Numbered from the stretch's first letter, positions 1 through 8,724 are shown. The stretch is 64,000 bases of DNA from an uncultured delta proteobacterium (GCA_963700085.1 CAVOWI010000020.1:79450-143449); one strand, 5' to 3'. Notes: generated by a model from the letters alone, not told the origin. A program made the numbers and translations.

Positions 1-350
1 TGGACGCGCTCCAGGCCACGTCCGGCGAGGCGGATCCCCCGGTGCGCTGCATCGATGCCCGGGGTGTGGACATCGCCGACGGGAAGCGTCTCGTCCGGGA
101 CCTGGCGACCTCCGTCGCGGGAGGTACCCGGGCGGTGGTGGTGGTGGATTCCCTGATCCGAAGCCTTTCCGGCGTGCACCTGGTCGAGGAAGTGGACGCC
201 GTCCTCCTCGTGGTGAGGGTCGGGGCGATGGACCTCGACTCCCTGGTCAGCACGGTGGCCATCGTGGGAGCGGAGCGGATCATGGGCTCGGTGACTGCCC
301 CGGTGGCCGACTGGCGGGAAGGGCCCCCCCGAGCGAGCGCGCCGGCTTGA
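1..350 (+). CDS. C-terminal fragment of a MinD/BY-kinase-like P-loop ATPase of a polysaccharide export locus (5' end lies outside the window)
   Basis: Frame 3 is open from nt 3 to the TGA at 348-350; the track ORF 42..350 is only its GTG-initiated tail. The tail ...TRAVVVVDSLIRS...EVDAVLLVVRVGAMDLDSL...GAERIMGSV resembles the hydrophobic-strand end of Wzc/Wze-type kinases. It lies 52 nt upstream of an OPX gene. The family call is contextual inference. Confidence 0.4.
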   Translation, partial: DALQATSGEADPPVRCIDARGVDIADGKRLVRDLATSVAGGTRAVVVVDSLIRSLSGVHLVEEVDAVLLVVRVGAMDLDSLVSTVAIVGAERIMGSVTAPVADWREGPPRASAPA

Positions 351-402
351 ATCCCGATCGTGGTATGGAGCCGGGAACGCGCGCCGTGTTTCGGTCGCCA
401 CG

Positions 403-1053
403 GTGGGCTCTGAAGCGGGCCCAGGGGAGGTCCAGGTGAAGGTCCATGGTGCAACGCTACGACTCGCCGGCTGCATGGTGCTCCTGCTCGGGTCCGCCGG
501 CTGCAAGACCACGGGGGAGTACGTCTCCGTCGACTCGTTGGCTCCGTCGGTGCCTCCGGCCAGCCGCGAGGACGTCCTCCAGGCCGGCGACCTGATCAGC
601 GTTCGGGTCTGGAACCAGGATTCGATCACCACCCGGGCGCGGATCCGGCCCGATGGGAAGATCTCCCTCCCGTTCCTCGACGACGTGGAGGCCGCCGGCT
701 CCACGCCCGCTGCCCTGGCAAGACGGATCCAGGCTCGACTCAAGGAATTCATCGTCAATCCCGTCGTGACCGTCTCCCTGGACGAGGCGCGCCCGATGGT
801 CGTGGCGGTCCTCGGGGAGGTCGTGAGGCCGGGGAACTTCCCGCTGGAGCCCGGCTCGGGCGTGCTCCAGGCGCTGGCCATCGCCGGCGGCATGACGCCG
901 TTCGCCGACAAGGACGGGATCGTCGTCATCCGGCAGAAGCCCGATGGCAGCGGCGCCCAGCGCATTCGCTTCACCTACTCCGGGCTCACGCAGCTCCAGG
1001 GGCGCGCCGCCACATTCCGCCTCCAGGGCGGTGACGTGGTCGTCGTCGAGTAG
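403..1053 (+). CDS. Short outer-membrane polysaccharide export (OPX, Wza-like) lipoprotein
   Basis: 216 aa. Lipobox LLLGSAGC. Poly_export-type region DLISVRVWNQDSITTRARIRPDGKISLPFLDDVEAAG, followed by an SLBB-like VAVLGEVVRPGNFPLEPGSGVLQALAIAGG. Strong GC3 bias. The true start may be an internal GTG nearer the lipobox. Confidence 0.85.
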   Translation: MGSEAGPGEVQVKVHGATLRLAGCMVLLLGSAGCKTTGEYVSVDSLAPSVPPASREDVLQAGDLISVRVWNQDSITTRARIRPDGKISLPFLDDVEAAGSTPAALARRIQARLKEFIVNPVVTVSLDEARPMVVAVLGEVVRPGNFPLEPGSGVLQALAIAGGMTPFADKDGIVVIRQKPDGSGAQRIRFTYSGLTQLQGRAATFRLQGGDVVVVE

Positions 1054-1055
1054 CC

Positions 1056-2399
1056 TTGCTCCTGCCCGCCGCCGCCGTGCTTCTGGCACTTGCCGTCGGT
1101 CAGTCCGACGGCACGCGCGATCGCCGTGCCGGCGACGGGGCCCCGGCGCCCACCGGGCCGACCCCCGCGCCCGAGGAAAATCGCCAGGCGACGGCCTCCA
1201 GCGACTTCACCGGCCCGCCCGGCGTTCCCTACATGCCAACGGTCGGCTCTCCGGGAGGCGAACCCAACGGCGTCTTCCTGGACGTGGCTCTCCTGTCCGA
1301 GGTGCGGGCCCGCACCCTGACGGCCACCGACGCCGGGACGACGTGGGGAGTGGACCTCGAGTTGACCCCGGGCATCGCCCTGGAAGTCGGGAGTCCGCGC
1401 TTCTCCCTCTCGATCGGCTACGCGCCGCGCCTGACCGTGCCGTTCAACGTGGGAAGCCTTCAGCTGGCGGTGCTGAACCGGGCCACCTTGCGCTCGGCGT
1501 GGCGGATCGACGAGCTCTGGACGGTGACCGCCCTGGGCCTCTTCGTGGTGGGCGACTACTCCCAGCTCATCCCGGCCTCCACGCCTGGCGGCGCCGGCCC
1601 ACCGCCACCTGTCCTGAACCCGGTGCGCACCTTCCAGACCTACCCGTACGTGGGCATCGACACCCTGCTTCGCGTCGAGGGAGTCCTTTCTCCCCGGATG
1701 CGGCTTCGCATCGCCGGTGGCTACTTCGACGTGGGCGGCACTGGACCGGAGGGCGAGGCGGCCCAGCCCAGGGCCTGGGGACCGCAGGGCGAAGGCTCCT
1801 TCGCCTGGGACGCGTCTCGAAACGCCATGCTGACCACGACCCTGGCCGCCCAGAACTGGATGATGTCGGGCAGCGAGAAGTTCGTCATCGGCACCCTCAC
1901 GGAGAGCTGGAGGCAGTCCTGGACGGCCGAGCTCGACACCACGCTCCTGGCGGGGGCCGGCCTGGCGAACCGCAATGTGGAGAGCCGCACGGCCGCCAAG
2001 AGGGCCGTTCCGGTGGCCGGGCTTCGTCTCGACTACCACCCGGTGTCGCGGCGTGCGCTCCACCTCAACCTCGACGTGGCTCTCGCCCCTTACTTCGACA
2101 CCTACGCCCGCATTCCCTATCAGCGCTTCACCGCGACCCTGGCGATGGACTGGAACCCCTCCGAGGCCTGGCGTGTCGGCGCATCGCTCTCGGCCGCACT
2201 GGCCCCGTACACCGAGCGTGTTCCCGAGTCTTTCGGCACCGCTGGACTGTCGGCGAGCTATGCCCCCGTGAAGTTTCTCGTCCTGTCGGTGGGCGGGTTC
2301 AGCCTGGCCCAGTTCCAGGGCTCGACCGCCGGGGGTGGTTCCTTCCGGCAGTGGACCACCTACCTCTCGGTCGAGCTCCGAGACCGCTTCTCGCTCTGA
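1056..2399 (+). CDS. Secreted protein, predicted outer-membrane beta-barrel partner of the short OPX
   Basis: 447 aa. TTG start 2 nt after the OPX stop. Hydrophobic N-terminus LLPAAAVLLALAVG and a Pro/Gly-rich linker. About 400 aa of short alternating polar/hydrophobic strands follow (RFSLSIGYAPRLTV, WTVTALGLFVVGDY, LRIAGGYFDVGG, ALHLNLDVALAPYF, LVLSVGGFSLAQF, WTTYLSVELRDRFSL). No enzyme motifs seen. The fold call is inference. Confidence 0.55.
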   Translation: MLLPAAAVLLALAVGQSDGTRDRRAGDGAPAPTGPTPAPEENRQATASSDFTGPPGVPYMPTVGSPGGEPNGVFLDVALLSEVRARTLTATDAGTTWGVDLELTPGIALEVGSPRFSLSIGYAPRLTVPFNVGSLQLAVLNRATLRSAWRIDELWTVTALGLFVVGDYSQLIPASTPGGAGPPPPVLNPVRTFQTYPYVGIDTLLRVEGVLSPRMRLRIAGGYFDVGGTGPEGEAAQPRAWGPQGEGSFAWDASRNAMLTTTLAAQNWMMSGSEKFVIGTLTESWRQSWTAELDTTLLAGAGLANRNVESRTAAKRAVPVAGLRLDYHPVSRRALHLNLDVALAPYFDTYARIPYQRFTATLAMDWNPSEAWRVGASLSAALAPYTERVPESFGTAGLSASYAPVKFLVLSVGGFSLAQFQGSTAGGGSFRQWTTYLSVELRDRFSL

Positions 2400-2487
2400 G
2401 CGACGCCCCGTAAGGGGCATCGAAAATCGAGAATCCTGGACGTTTTTCCGGTCCCTCTTGGGGCGTGAATCGACGATACCGAGCAAT

Positions 2488-2512
2488 AAATGTCCCCTGA
2501 TCGTGGACATTT
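2488..2512. promoter_or_regulatory. Perfect 8-bp inverted repeat AAATGTCC-N9-GGACATTT in the low-GC spacer upstream of the phosphoglycosyl transferase gene (candidate operator)
   Basis: Read directly: aaatgtcc (2488-2495), cctgatcgt, ggacattt (2505-2512). A third GGACATT half-site lies at 2601-2607. The spacer 2400-2668 is visibly AT-richer than the flanking genes. Confidence 0.3.
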
Positions 2513-2668
2513 GGGGGTCGAGATGGCTAATACCCCTGCGTTTCCGTCCACTTGTGTGGGTACACCCCCCTTGTACCTACCAACGCGTACATACGTCACG
2601 GGACATTCATCGAGCGTCTGATCGAGTTAGCTAGCCCTGTCAAGAAGCGCAGGGGGGTTGAACCGATC

Positions 2669-4078
2669 ATGAAGAACAGAGTCGTCGACGGAACCGTTCG
2701 CTTGCTGGACATCCTGTGCATCGCCATTGCGGTGCCGGCGGCGTACTGGACCCGCGATCTACTGCCCGTGAACACCAGGGGCTCGCTCGCCCCGCTCTCG
2801 GACCACTGGCCGTTCCTGGTCTTCTCGCTGCTGCTCTGGATCGCGGCGGCCTGGTTCTTCGAGGTGTACGAGAGCTTCAGGACCCGCTCGGTCTGGCCCG
2901 AGATCGGCCGCATCGCGAAGGCCCTCGTCGCCGTGGCGCTCGTCCAGGTGGCCGCCATCTTCTTCCTTCGCCTGGCGGAGGACGTCTCGCGCCTCTTCTT
3001 CGGCACCTACTTCGTCATCGCGTTCGCGCTGCTGGTCGGAAACCGGGCCATCCTTCGCCAGGTCGCGCGCTCGGTCAGGCGCAGCGGCCTGAACACCCGC
3101 GTGTTCGCGGTCGTCGGCTCCGGTGACCTGGCCCACGACGTGGTGGCGACGGTGGCCGATCATCCGGAGTGGGGCCTGCAGTTCGCCGGCCACGTCCTCC
3201 TCGACGAGGACGGCCGCAAGGGCGCTCCGAGCGAGTTCGTGCTGGGGACGGTCTCGCAGCTCGGCCAGATCCTCGACGACAACGTCATCGACGAGGTCAT
3301 CTTCGCGGTACCCCGTGAGCGGCTGTCCTCGGTGGAGGGCGCGTTCCGCCTCTGCCAGGAGCAGGGAGCCGGCGCCCGGGTCTGCCTGGACCTCTTCGAG
3401 GTGGGCGGTGCCCGCGTCGCGCTCGGCGAGCTCGACGGCCTCCCCATGCTCTCCTTCTCCCGCGCGCCGACGGACGAGGTGGCGCTGCTCTTCAAGCGCG
3501 CCTTCGACGTGATCTCGAGCGCCGCGGCCCTGCTCCTCTTCTCGCCGGTGCTCCTGGCCACGGCGGTCGCCGTCAAGCTCGAGTCGCCGGGGCCGGTCTT
3601 CTTCCGGCAGGTCCGGGTCGGAAGGAACGGCCGGCCCTTCAGGATGTACAAGTTCCGGAGCATGCGCGTGGACGCCGAGGCTCGCCTGGAGTCGCTGCGG
3701 GCGCAGAACGAGGCGTCGGGCCCGGTCTTCAAGATGAGGAACGACCCTCGCGTCACCCGGGTCGGGCGCTTCATCCGCCGCACGTCCATCGACGAGCTGC
3801 CCCAGTTCCTGAACGTCCTCGCGGGCGAGATGAGCGTCGTCGGTCCGCGGCCTCCGGTTCCTGCCGAGGTTCGCCAGTACCAGCGCTGGCAGCGTCGTCG
3901 CCTGAGCGTGAAGCCGGGCATCACCTGCACCTGGCAGGTGAGCGGCCGCTCCAACATCAGCTTCGACGAGTGGATGGCGCTCGACCTCGAGTACATCGAC
4001 ACCTGGTCGCTGTGGCGGGACGTGCAGATCTGCTTCCGGACCATCCCGGCGGTGCTCACCTCTCGAGGCGCACACTGA
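2669..4078 (+). CDS. Polyprenyl-phosphate hexose-1-phosphate transferase (WbaP/EpsZ/ExoE-type initiating sugar transferase)
   Basis: C-terminal bacterial sugar-transferase domain FKRAFDVISSAAALLLFSPVLLATAVAVKLESPGPVFFRQVRVGRNGRPFRMYKFRSM...DELPQFLNVLAGEMSVVGPRP. Several N-terminal TM helices. ATG 2669 is preceded by AGGGGGG at 2651-2657. The track start 2552 falls in the low-GC spacer and was rejected. Confidence 0.9.
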   Translation: MKNRVVDGTVRLLDILCIAIAVPAAYWTRDLLPVNTRGSLAPLSDHWPFLVFSLLLWIAAAWFFEVYESFRTRSVWPEIGRIAKALVAVALVQVAAIFFLRLAEDVSRLFFGTYFVIAFALLVGNRAILRQVARSVRRSGLNTRVFAVVGSGDLAHDVVATVADHPEWGLQFAGHVLLDEDGRKGAPSEFVLGTVSQLGQILDDNVIDEVIFAVPRERLSSVEGAFRLCQEQGAGARVCLDLFEVGGARVALGELDGLPMLSFSRAPTDEVALLFKRAFDVISSAAALLLFSPVLLATAVAVKLESPGPVFFRQVRVGRNGRPFRMYKFRSMRVDAEARLESLRAQNEASGPVFKMRNDPRVTRVGRFIRRTSIDELPQFLNVLAGEMSVVGPRPPVPAEVRQYQRWQRRRLSVKPGITCTWQVSGRSNISFDEWMALDLEYIDTWSLWRDVQICFRTIPAVLTSRGAH

Positions 4079-4124
4079 CGGGCTGACGGCCACCCGCGCC
4101 GGACCGGAACCGTGTCCGACCGGG

Positions 4125-5489
4125 GTGATACGAAGAGGCCTCCCCTGCCAGCGCAGGCGGAGGCCTTTCCCTTTGAGCTTCGACCTCGCCACCTTCGTCC
4201 TGGCACTCGCCCTCGGCCTCGTGGTGGGGGGCGCGATCGCCTGGGCGATGGCGGGACAGCGCGCACGGGCGGAATCCGGCATCGCATCGGAGCGGCTGCG
4301 CGTCGAGAGCTCCGCCCGGGCCGCCCTCGCCGCCCGGCTCGACGAGCAACAGAAGGCGCTCCTGGCCGAGCGGGCGCTCCTCCGGGAGACCGAGCGGCGC
4401 CTCGGGGACACCTTCAAGGCGCTCTCGGCCGACGCGCTCCAGGCGTCCAGCACCTCGTTCCTCCAGCTGGCTGGCCAGGCCCTGGAGAGGTACCAGGAAG
4501 GTGCGCGGGGAGACCTGGAACGGCGCCAGCATGCCATCGGCGAAATGGTCGGCCCCGTCCGCGAGGCCCTGGGGCGATTCGAGGCTCAGGTAGGTGCAAT
4601 GGAGCAGACGCGGGCAGGCGCCTATTCCGAGCTCCGCGAGCAGGTCCGGACCATGGGCGAGGCCCAGAGCCTCTTGCGCACCGAGGCCTCCAACCTCGTT
4701 CGCGCGCTGCGGGCGCCCCAGGTGCGGGGGCGCTGGGGGGAGGTCCAGCTGAAGCGGGTGGTCGAGCTCGCGGGCATGGCCGAGCACTGCGACTTCACCG
4801 AGCAGCACACCGTGGACACGGACGAGGGCAGGTTCCGCCCGGACCTCGTGGTGCGCCTTCCGGGCGGGCGAACCGTGGTGGTGGACGCGAAGGCACCCCT
4901 CTCCGCCTATCTCGAGGCCGTCGAGACGACCGACGAGACTCGCCGCGCGGCTTTCCTCGTCGACCACGCCCGGCAGGTCCGGGAGCACGTGATGGCGCTC
5001 TCCCGGAAGAGCTACTGGGAGCAACTTCGCCCCACGCCCGAGTTCGTGATCCTCTTCCTGCCGGGGGAATCCTTCTTCTCCGCTGCCCTGGAGCAGGACC
5101 GGGACCTCATCGAGGCCGGGGCCGAGCGGCGGGTCATCCTCGCCACGCCCACCACCCTCATCTCGCTTCTCAAGGCGGTCTCCTACGGCTGGAAGCAGGA
5201 GACGGTCGCGGCGAACACCGAGCGCGTCGCCGAGATGGGGCGCGAGCTCCACAAGCGCGTCGCCGACCTCGCCGGCCACGTCGTCAGGCTGGGCAGGCAC
5301 CTGGCCGGCTCGGTGGAGTCGTACAACGCATTCGTCGGCTCGCTCGAGTCGCGGGTGCTCCCCATGGCTCGCCGCTTCCGCGAACTGGAAGCGGCGGGCG
5401 CGGAGACCGTGCCGGAGGTCTCGCCGGTCGACTCGGTGACCCGGGTCGCCCAGGCGCCCGAGCTCGCCGCGACCAGCCCGGAGAAGTGA
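4125..5489 (+). CDS. rmuC: DNA recombination protein RmuC
   Basis: N-terminal TM helix FVLALALGLVVGGAIAWA, a long coiled-coil, then the RmuC nuclease-like core ...GRWGEVQLKRVVELAGM...FRPDLVVRLPGGRTVVVDAKAPL...FVILFLPGESFFSAALE. The likely true start is TTG 4173, with GGAGG at 4158-4162. Confidence 0.9.
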   Translation: MIRRGLPCQRRRRPFPLSFDLATFVLALALGLVVGGAIAWAMAGQRARAESGIASERLRVESSARAALAARLDEQQKALLAERALLRETERRLGDTFKALSADALQASSTSFLQLAGQALERYQEGARGDLERRQHAIGEMVGPVREALGRFEAQVGAMEQTRAGAYSELREQVRTMGEAQSLLRTEASNLVRALRAPQVRGRWGEVQLKRVVELAGMAEHCDFTEQHTVDTDEGRFRPDLVVRLPGGRTVVVDAKAPLSAYLEAVETTDETRRAAFLVDHARQVREHVMALSRKSYWEQLRPTPEFVILFLPGESFFSAALEQDRDLIEAGAERRVILATPTTLISLLKAVSYGWKQETVAANTERVAEMGRELHKRVADLAGHVVRLGRHLAGSVESYNAFVGSLESRVLPMARRFRELEAAGAETVPEVSPVDSVTRVAQAPELAATSPEK

Positions 5490-5789
5490 CTACTTCAGGC
5501 CGCCGGACACGTACTTCGCGAGCCCGCTGATCTCGGCGTCGGAGAGCTTTCCCTTGAAGGGCGTCATCTTGCCCTTGCCGCCGGCGATGACCTTCTCGAT
5601 ATCGGCGGTGGTGAGCTTGGTGACCGTCAGGTCCTTCACGCCCAGCTTCTGCGCCATGGCGGTCTGGCCCTTGCCGTCCTTGCCGTGGCAAGGGGCACAC
5701 TTGGCCTGGAAAGCCGCGGCCGGAGCATCGGCGCGGGCAGCGGGGGCGACGAGGAAGGCCAGCACGGCAGCGACGAGCATCTTCTTCAT
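5490..5789 (-). CDS. Periplasmic monoheme cytochrome c
   Basis: 99 aa. Signal peptide MKKMLVAAVLAFLVAPAARA. Single CAPCH heme motif and a distal Met (GKGKMTPF). AGGAGA lies 8 nt upstream of ATG 5789. This is the last gene of the tetraheme/FeS/NrfD module. Confidence 0.8.
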   Translation of the reverse strand: MKKMLVAAVLAFLVAPAARADAPAAAFQAKCAPCHGKDGKGQTAMAQKLGVKDLTVTKLTTADIEKVIAGGKGKMTPFKGKLSDAEISGLAKYVSGGLK

Positions 5790-5839
5790 GACCGGGTTCT
5801 CCTGTTTATCGGGTGTCGAGGTATTCCCTGTTTCGAGAC

Positions 5840-7081
5840 CTAGTGGGCCGCCTCCGCTCCCTGCGCCAGCACCGGCGCACCCTTGGCCCGCAGCGTCCCC
5901 ATCATGATGGGCACGGCCACGTTCACCAGGGTCGTGAACACCAGCGCCCCCACGCCGAAGACACCGATGGCCACCATCCACTCCGTCGCCGACGGCCGGT
6001 ACTCGTAGATCTCGCCCAGCGTGTCGGGCGTCATGCCGGGGATGACGAGCCCCATGCCCTTCTCGATGTAGACGCCGGCGAAGATCAGCACCGCGCCGAT
6101 GTTGAGCGTCACCCAGTTCGTCCGGGTCTTCGGCACGAGGAAGATGAGGAAGGCCGTCACCGAGGCGGTGAGCGACAGCCAGGCGTACGGCACGAGCGCC
6201 CGGTACTCCCCGATGCCCTCCCAGAGGTACTGCGTGAAGAGCAGGTGCTCGGTGCGGGAGTAGTACTCCTTGAAGATCTCGGCGCCGAGAAGGAAGAGGT
6301 TGAAGAACATGGCGTAGGCCATGAGCTCGGCCACCTTCCAGATGGCCTCGTCCTTGATCTCGATGGCGGTGGTCTTCCGCAGGATCTGGAAGAGGATGAT
6401 CATCACTGCCGGGCCGGACGAGAAGGCCGAGGCGATGAACTTGGGCGCCAGGATGCCTGCGTTCCAGAAGGGGCGCGCCGCCATGCCAGCGTAGAGGAAG
6501 GCGGTGACGGTGTGGATACCGACCGCTGCGGGGATGCTGAAGAGGACGAGCGGCACCACGAACCACTTGACGTAATCCTTGCCGCGATAGGCGCGATACA
6601 GGATGTGGCTCACCACCGTCAGGTTCAAGATCAGGTAGAGGTTCAGGACCAGCGCGTCCCAGGAGAGCATCGAGCTCGGCCAGTTGGGGCTGCCGGGGCC
6701 GGGCATGATGTGCGTGAGCCGGTCGGGGCGCCCCATGTCCACCAGGATGAACAAGAGGCACATGATGAGGGCGCTGATGGCGAGCAGCTCGCCCAGCACC
6801 ACCACCTCCTTGATGGGCTTCCAGTGGTAGACGTAGGCCGGCACGACGAGCAGCACGGCCGCCGCGGCCACGCCCACCAGGAAGGTGAAGTTGCCAATGT
6901 AGAAGGCCCAGGTCACCTGGTCGCGCATGCTGGTGGCGATGAGCCCCTGCTGCCACTGCCGTGAATAGCCGAAGAGGCCGATCCCGATCATGGCGAGCAG
7001 CACGGCCACCCAGGCCTTGTAGCCCTTGCCGCCGGTGAAGACCTGCCGCACCGCGCCCCTGAGGAACTCGAGAATTGGCAT
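5840..7081 (-). CDS. NrfD/PsrC-family integral membrane quinol-interacting subunit
   Basis: 413 aa, about 10 hydrophobic helices. NrfD-like hallmarks ...DQVTWAFYIGNFTFLVG...MGRPDRLTHIM...SMLSWDALVLNLY. GAGGGA lies 8 nt upstream of ATG 7081. Confidence 0.85.
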   Translation of the reverse strand: MPILEFLRGAVRQVFTGGKGYKAWVAVLLAMIGIGLFGYSRQWQQGLIATSMRDQVTWAFYIGNFTFLVGVAAAAVLLVVPAYVYHWKPIKEVVVLGELLAISALIMCLLFILVDMGRPDRLTHIMPGPGSPNWPSSMLSWDALVLNLYLILNLTVVSHILYRAYRGKDYVKWFVVPLVLFSIPAAVGIHTVTAFLYAGMAARPFWNAGILAPKFIASAFSSGPAVMIILFQILRKTTAIEIKDEAIWKVAELMAYAMFFNLFLLGAEIFKEYYSRTEHLLFTQYLWEGIGEYRALVPYAWLSLTASVTAFLIFLVPKTRTNWVTLNIGAVLIFAGVYIEKGMGLVIPGMTPDTLGEIYEYRPSATEWMVAIGVFGVGALVFTTLVNVAVPIMMGTLRAKGAPVLAQGAEAAH

Positions 7082-7099
7082 GGTTCGTTCCCTCGACCG

Positions 7100-8048
7100 C
7101 TACGTCCCATAGAAGTAGTAGAACTGCGGCTCGGTCGCTGAGCTCCTCCTTGAAGATGAACACGCGCTTGCGGTCCATCACCTGGCGGATCTCCGACTCC
7201 GGATCCAGCAGGTCGCCGAACTTCCTCGCACCCACCGGGCAGATCTCCACGCAGGCCGGATAGCGACCGACGCGCGAGCGCTGGATGCAGAAGGTGCACT
7301 TCTCCACCACGCCCATGGGGCGCGGCCGGTTGCCCAGGAAATGGGTGACCGGATTCATCTCCGCCGAAGGTAGATTCGGCTCGGCCCAGTTGAACTTGCG
7401 CGCCCCGTAGGGGCAGGCGGCCGTGCAGCAGCGGCAGCCGATGCACCAGTCGTAGTCGATGACCACGATGCCGTCGGGATCCTTCCAGGTGGCCTTGACC
7501 GGGCAGACCTTGGTGCAGGGCGGATGGCGGCACTGCTGGCACTGAACCGGCATGTAGAAGTGGCCGGGCTCCGGCACCTTCTCCGGGTCGTAGTAGGGGT
7601 TGGCGTGGGCGAGCGCGACGCCGTGCTCCTTCGCCATCTGGAGAACTCGTATCCACTGGATCTGCGGATTCCTGCGCGACTGGTTGTTCTCCTTCACGCA
7701 GGCATGGACGCAGCGGCGGCAGCCCACGCAGCGGGAGAGGTCCAGGCCGTATCCGAAGTTCACTCCGGGCATGGGTCCCTGGGTGGAGACGGTGACGTTC
7801 TTCCCGAACTGGGCCGACCACTTCTTCTCGAGCTTGCCGAGCATGGCCTGGAGCTTGTCCTTCGAGAGCTCGGTGAGGTGGCGCCGCTGGAGCTCCTCGA
7901 CGACCGCGTCCGGGTTGCAGGCCGATACGGCGGCGATGACGGCGCCGGCCGCGGCGGTGCGGAGGAAGTCCCGGCGCGAGGGGGATGACCCCATGTCACC
8001 GGCTGCGGACTCGTCCTGGAGGACGGGAAGGCGGTTCGGTTGGCTCAT
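7100..8048 (-). CDS. Tat-exported 4x[4Fe-4S] ferredoxin subunit (NrfC/PsrB/HybA-like); frameshifted near its 3' end as assembled
   Basis: Twin-arginine signal SRRDFLRTAAAGAVIAAVSAC. Cluster motifs CVGCRRCVHAC, CQQCRHPPCTKVCP, CIGCRCCTAACP, CTFC...ACVEICP. After ...RVFIFKEELS the conserved ending TEPQFYYFYGT* (stop 7100-7102) is in the +1 frame. The span is 949 nt (1 mod 3), consistent with a 1-nt insertion near 7134-7140. ATG 8048 overlaps the upstream stop (ATGA). Confidence 0.8.
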
Positions 8049-8617
8049 CGGCCCTGCTCCTGCGGCCGGATCGGCGGCGGCTCGGGCTTGAGCGCCTGGA
8101 ACCGGGGATTGTGGGGGTTGTGGCAGTTCACGCAGAGGTAATAGGTCTTCTGCCCGTTCCACATCCCGGTCCGCTTGCCGTGAATGCCGACCCGCCAGTC
8201 ACGGTACTTGTCGCCGTGGCACTGGCCACAGAGCTTGTAGGACTCGGTGAAGGGGATCAGGGCTCCGCCGATGAGATGCAAGAAGTCGCGCTTCCCGTTG
8301 TCGTGGCAGTCGAGGCAGAAGCGGGTGGGTGGCCCGTGGTGGAACTCGGCCTGGATCTCGTCGTGAAAGGCCAGCGGGCGGGGCGTGGCGTCGCCCGCCT
8401 TGTCGTGGCACTGCGAGCAGGGAAAGATGCCCTCGGTGAAAGGGGGAGGCTCGGCCCGGATGAGGTTGGGCGAGGTGGGGGAGTCGGCTCCCGCGGCGGG
8501 CGGCACGACGGGCGCCGGGACCGGCGGCGCAGGGCTCTTCGCCGTGGAGGCGAGCGGTGCCGCGAGGAGGGCGGCAAGGGCCAGGGGCAGGCGCGCTCGC
8601 CAGCGTGGGAACGTCAT
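8045..8617 (-). CDS. Periplasmic tetraheme c-type cytochrome
   Basis: Four CxxCH motifs (CSQCH, CLDCH, CGQCH, CVNCH). Signal peptide MTFPRWRARLPLALAALLAAPLASTA. AAGGAGGA lies 6 nt upstream of ATG 8617; the track start 8653 was rejected. Confidence 0.85.
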   Translation of the reverse strand: MTFPRWRARLPLALAALLAAPLASTAKSPAPPVPAPVVPPAAGADSPTSPNLIRAEPPPFTEGIFPCSQCHDKAGDATPRPLAFHDEIQAEFHHGPPTRFCLDCHDNGKRDFLHLIGGALIPFTESYKLCGQCHGDKYRDWRVGIHGKRTGMWNGQKTYYLCVNCHNPHNPRFQALKPEPPPIRPQEQGR

Positions 8618-8724
8618 CGATGTCCTCCTTCGCCGCCATCCTTCGCGGCGCACCGGCAGCCTAAGGGTCGGATGCCGGCGGCGGGTTGATCTCGATCAGG
8701 ACCGGCTCGTCCTTCCGTCAATCT

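Noticed and set aside
7134-7140. Possibility that the frame breaks (here and at the other listed sites) are programmed ribosomal frameshifts
   Set aside because: No slippery heptamer or downstream structure is evident. The breaks hit unrelated gene families and are a mix of +1 and -1. Indel error is the simpler explanation.
5490-8162. 890-aa track ORF apparently fusing an FeS protein to a cytochrome c
   Set aside because: The middle 1.3 kb is antisense-free read-through overlapping the well-supported NrfD-like gene in another frame. The real genes are 7100-8048 (FeS) and 5490-5789 (cytochrome c).
8647-8661. GG-N10-GC string (aGGCtgccggtgcGC) upstream of the tetraheme cytochrome gene, as a sigma-54 promoter for the adjacent EBP-like regulator
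   Set aside because: It matches only the invariant dinucleotides and lacks the TGGCAC/TTGC context. Such strings are frequent by chance in GC-rich DNA, and the neighbouring regulator lacks a GAFTGA loop.
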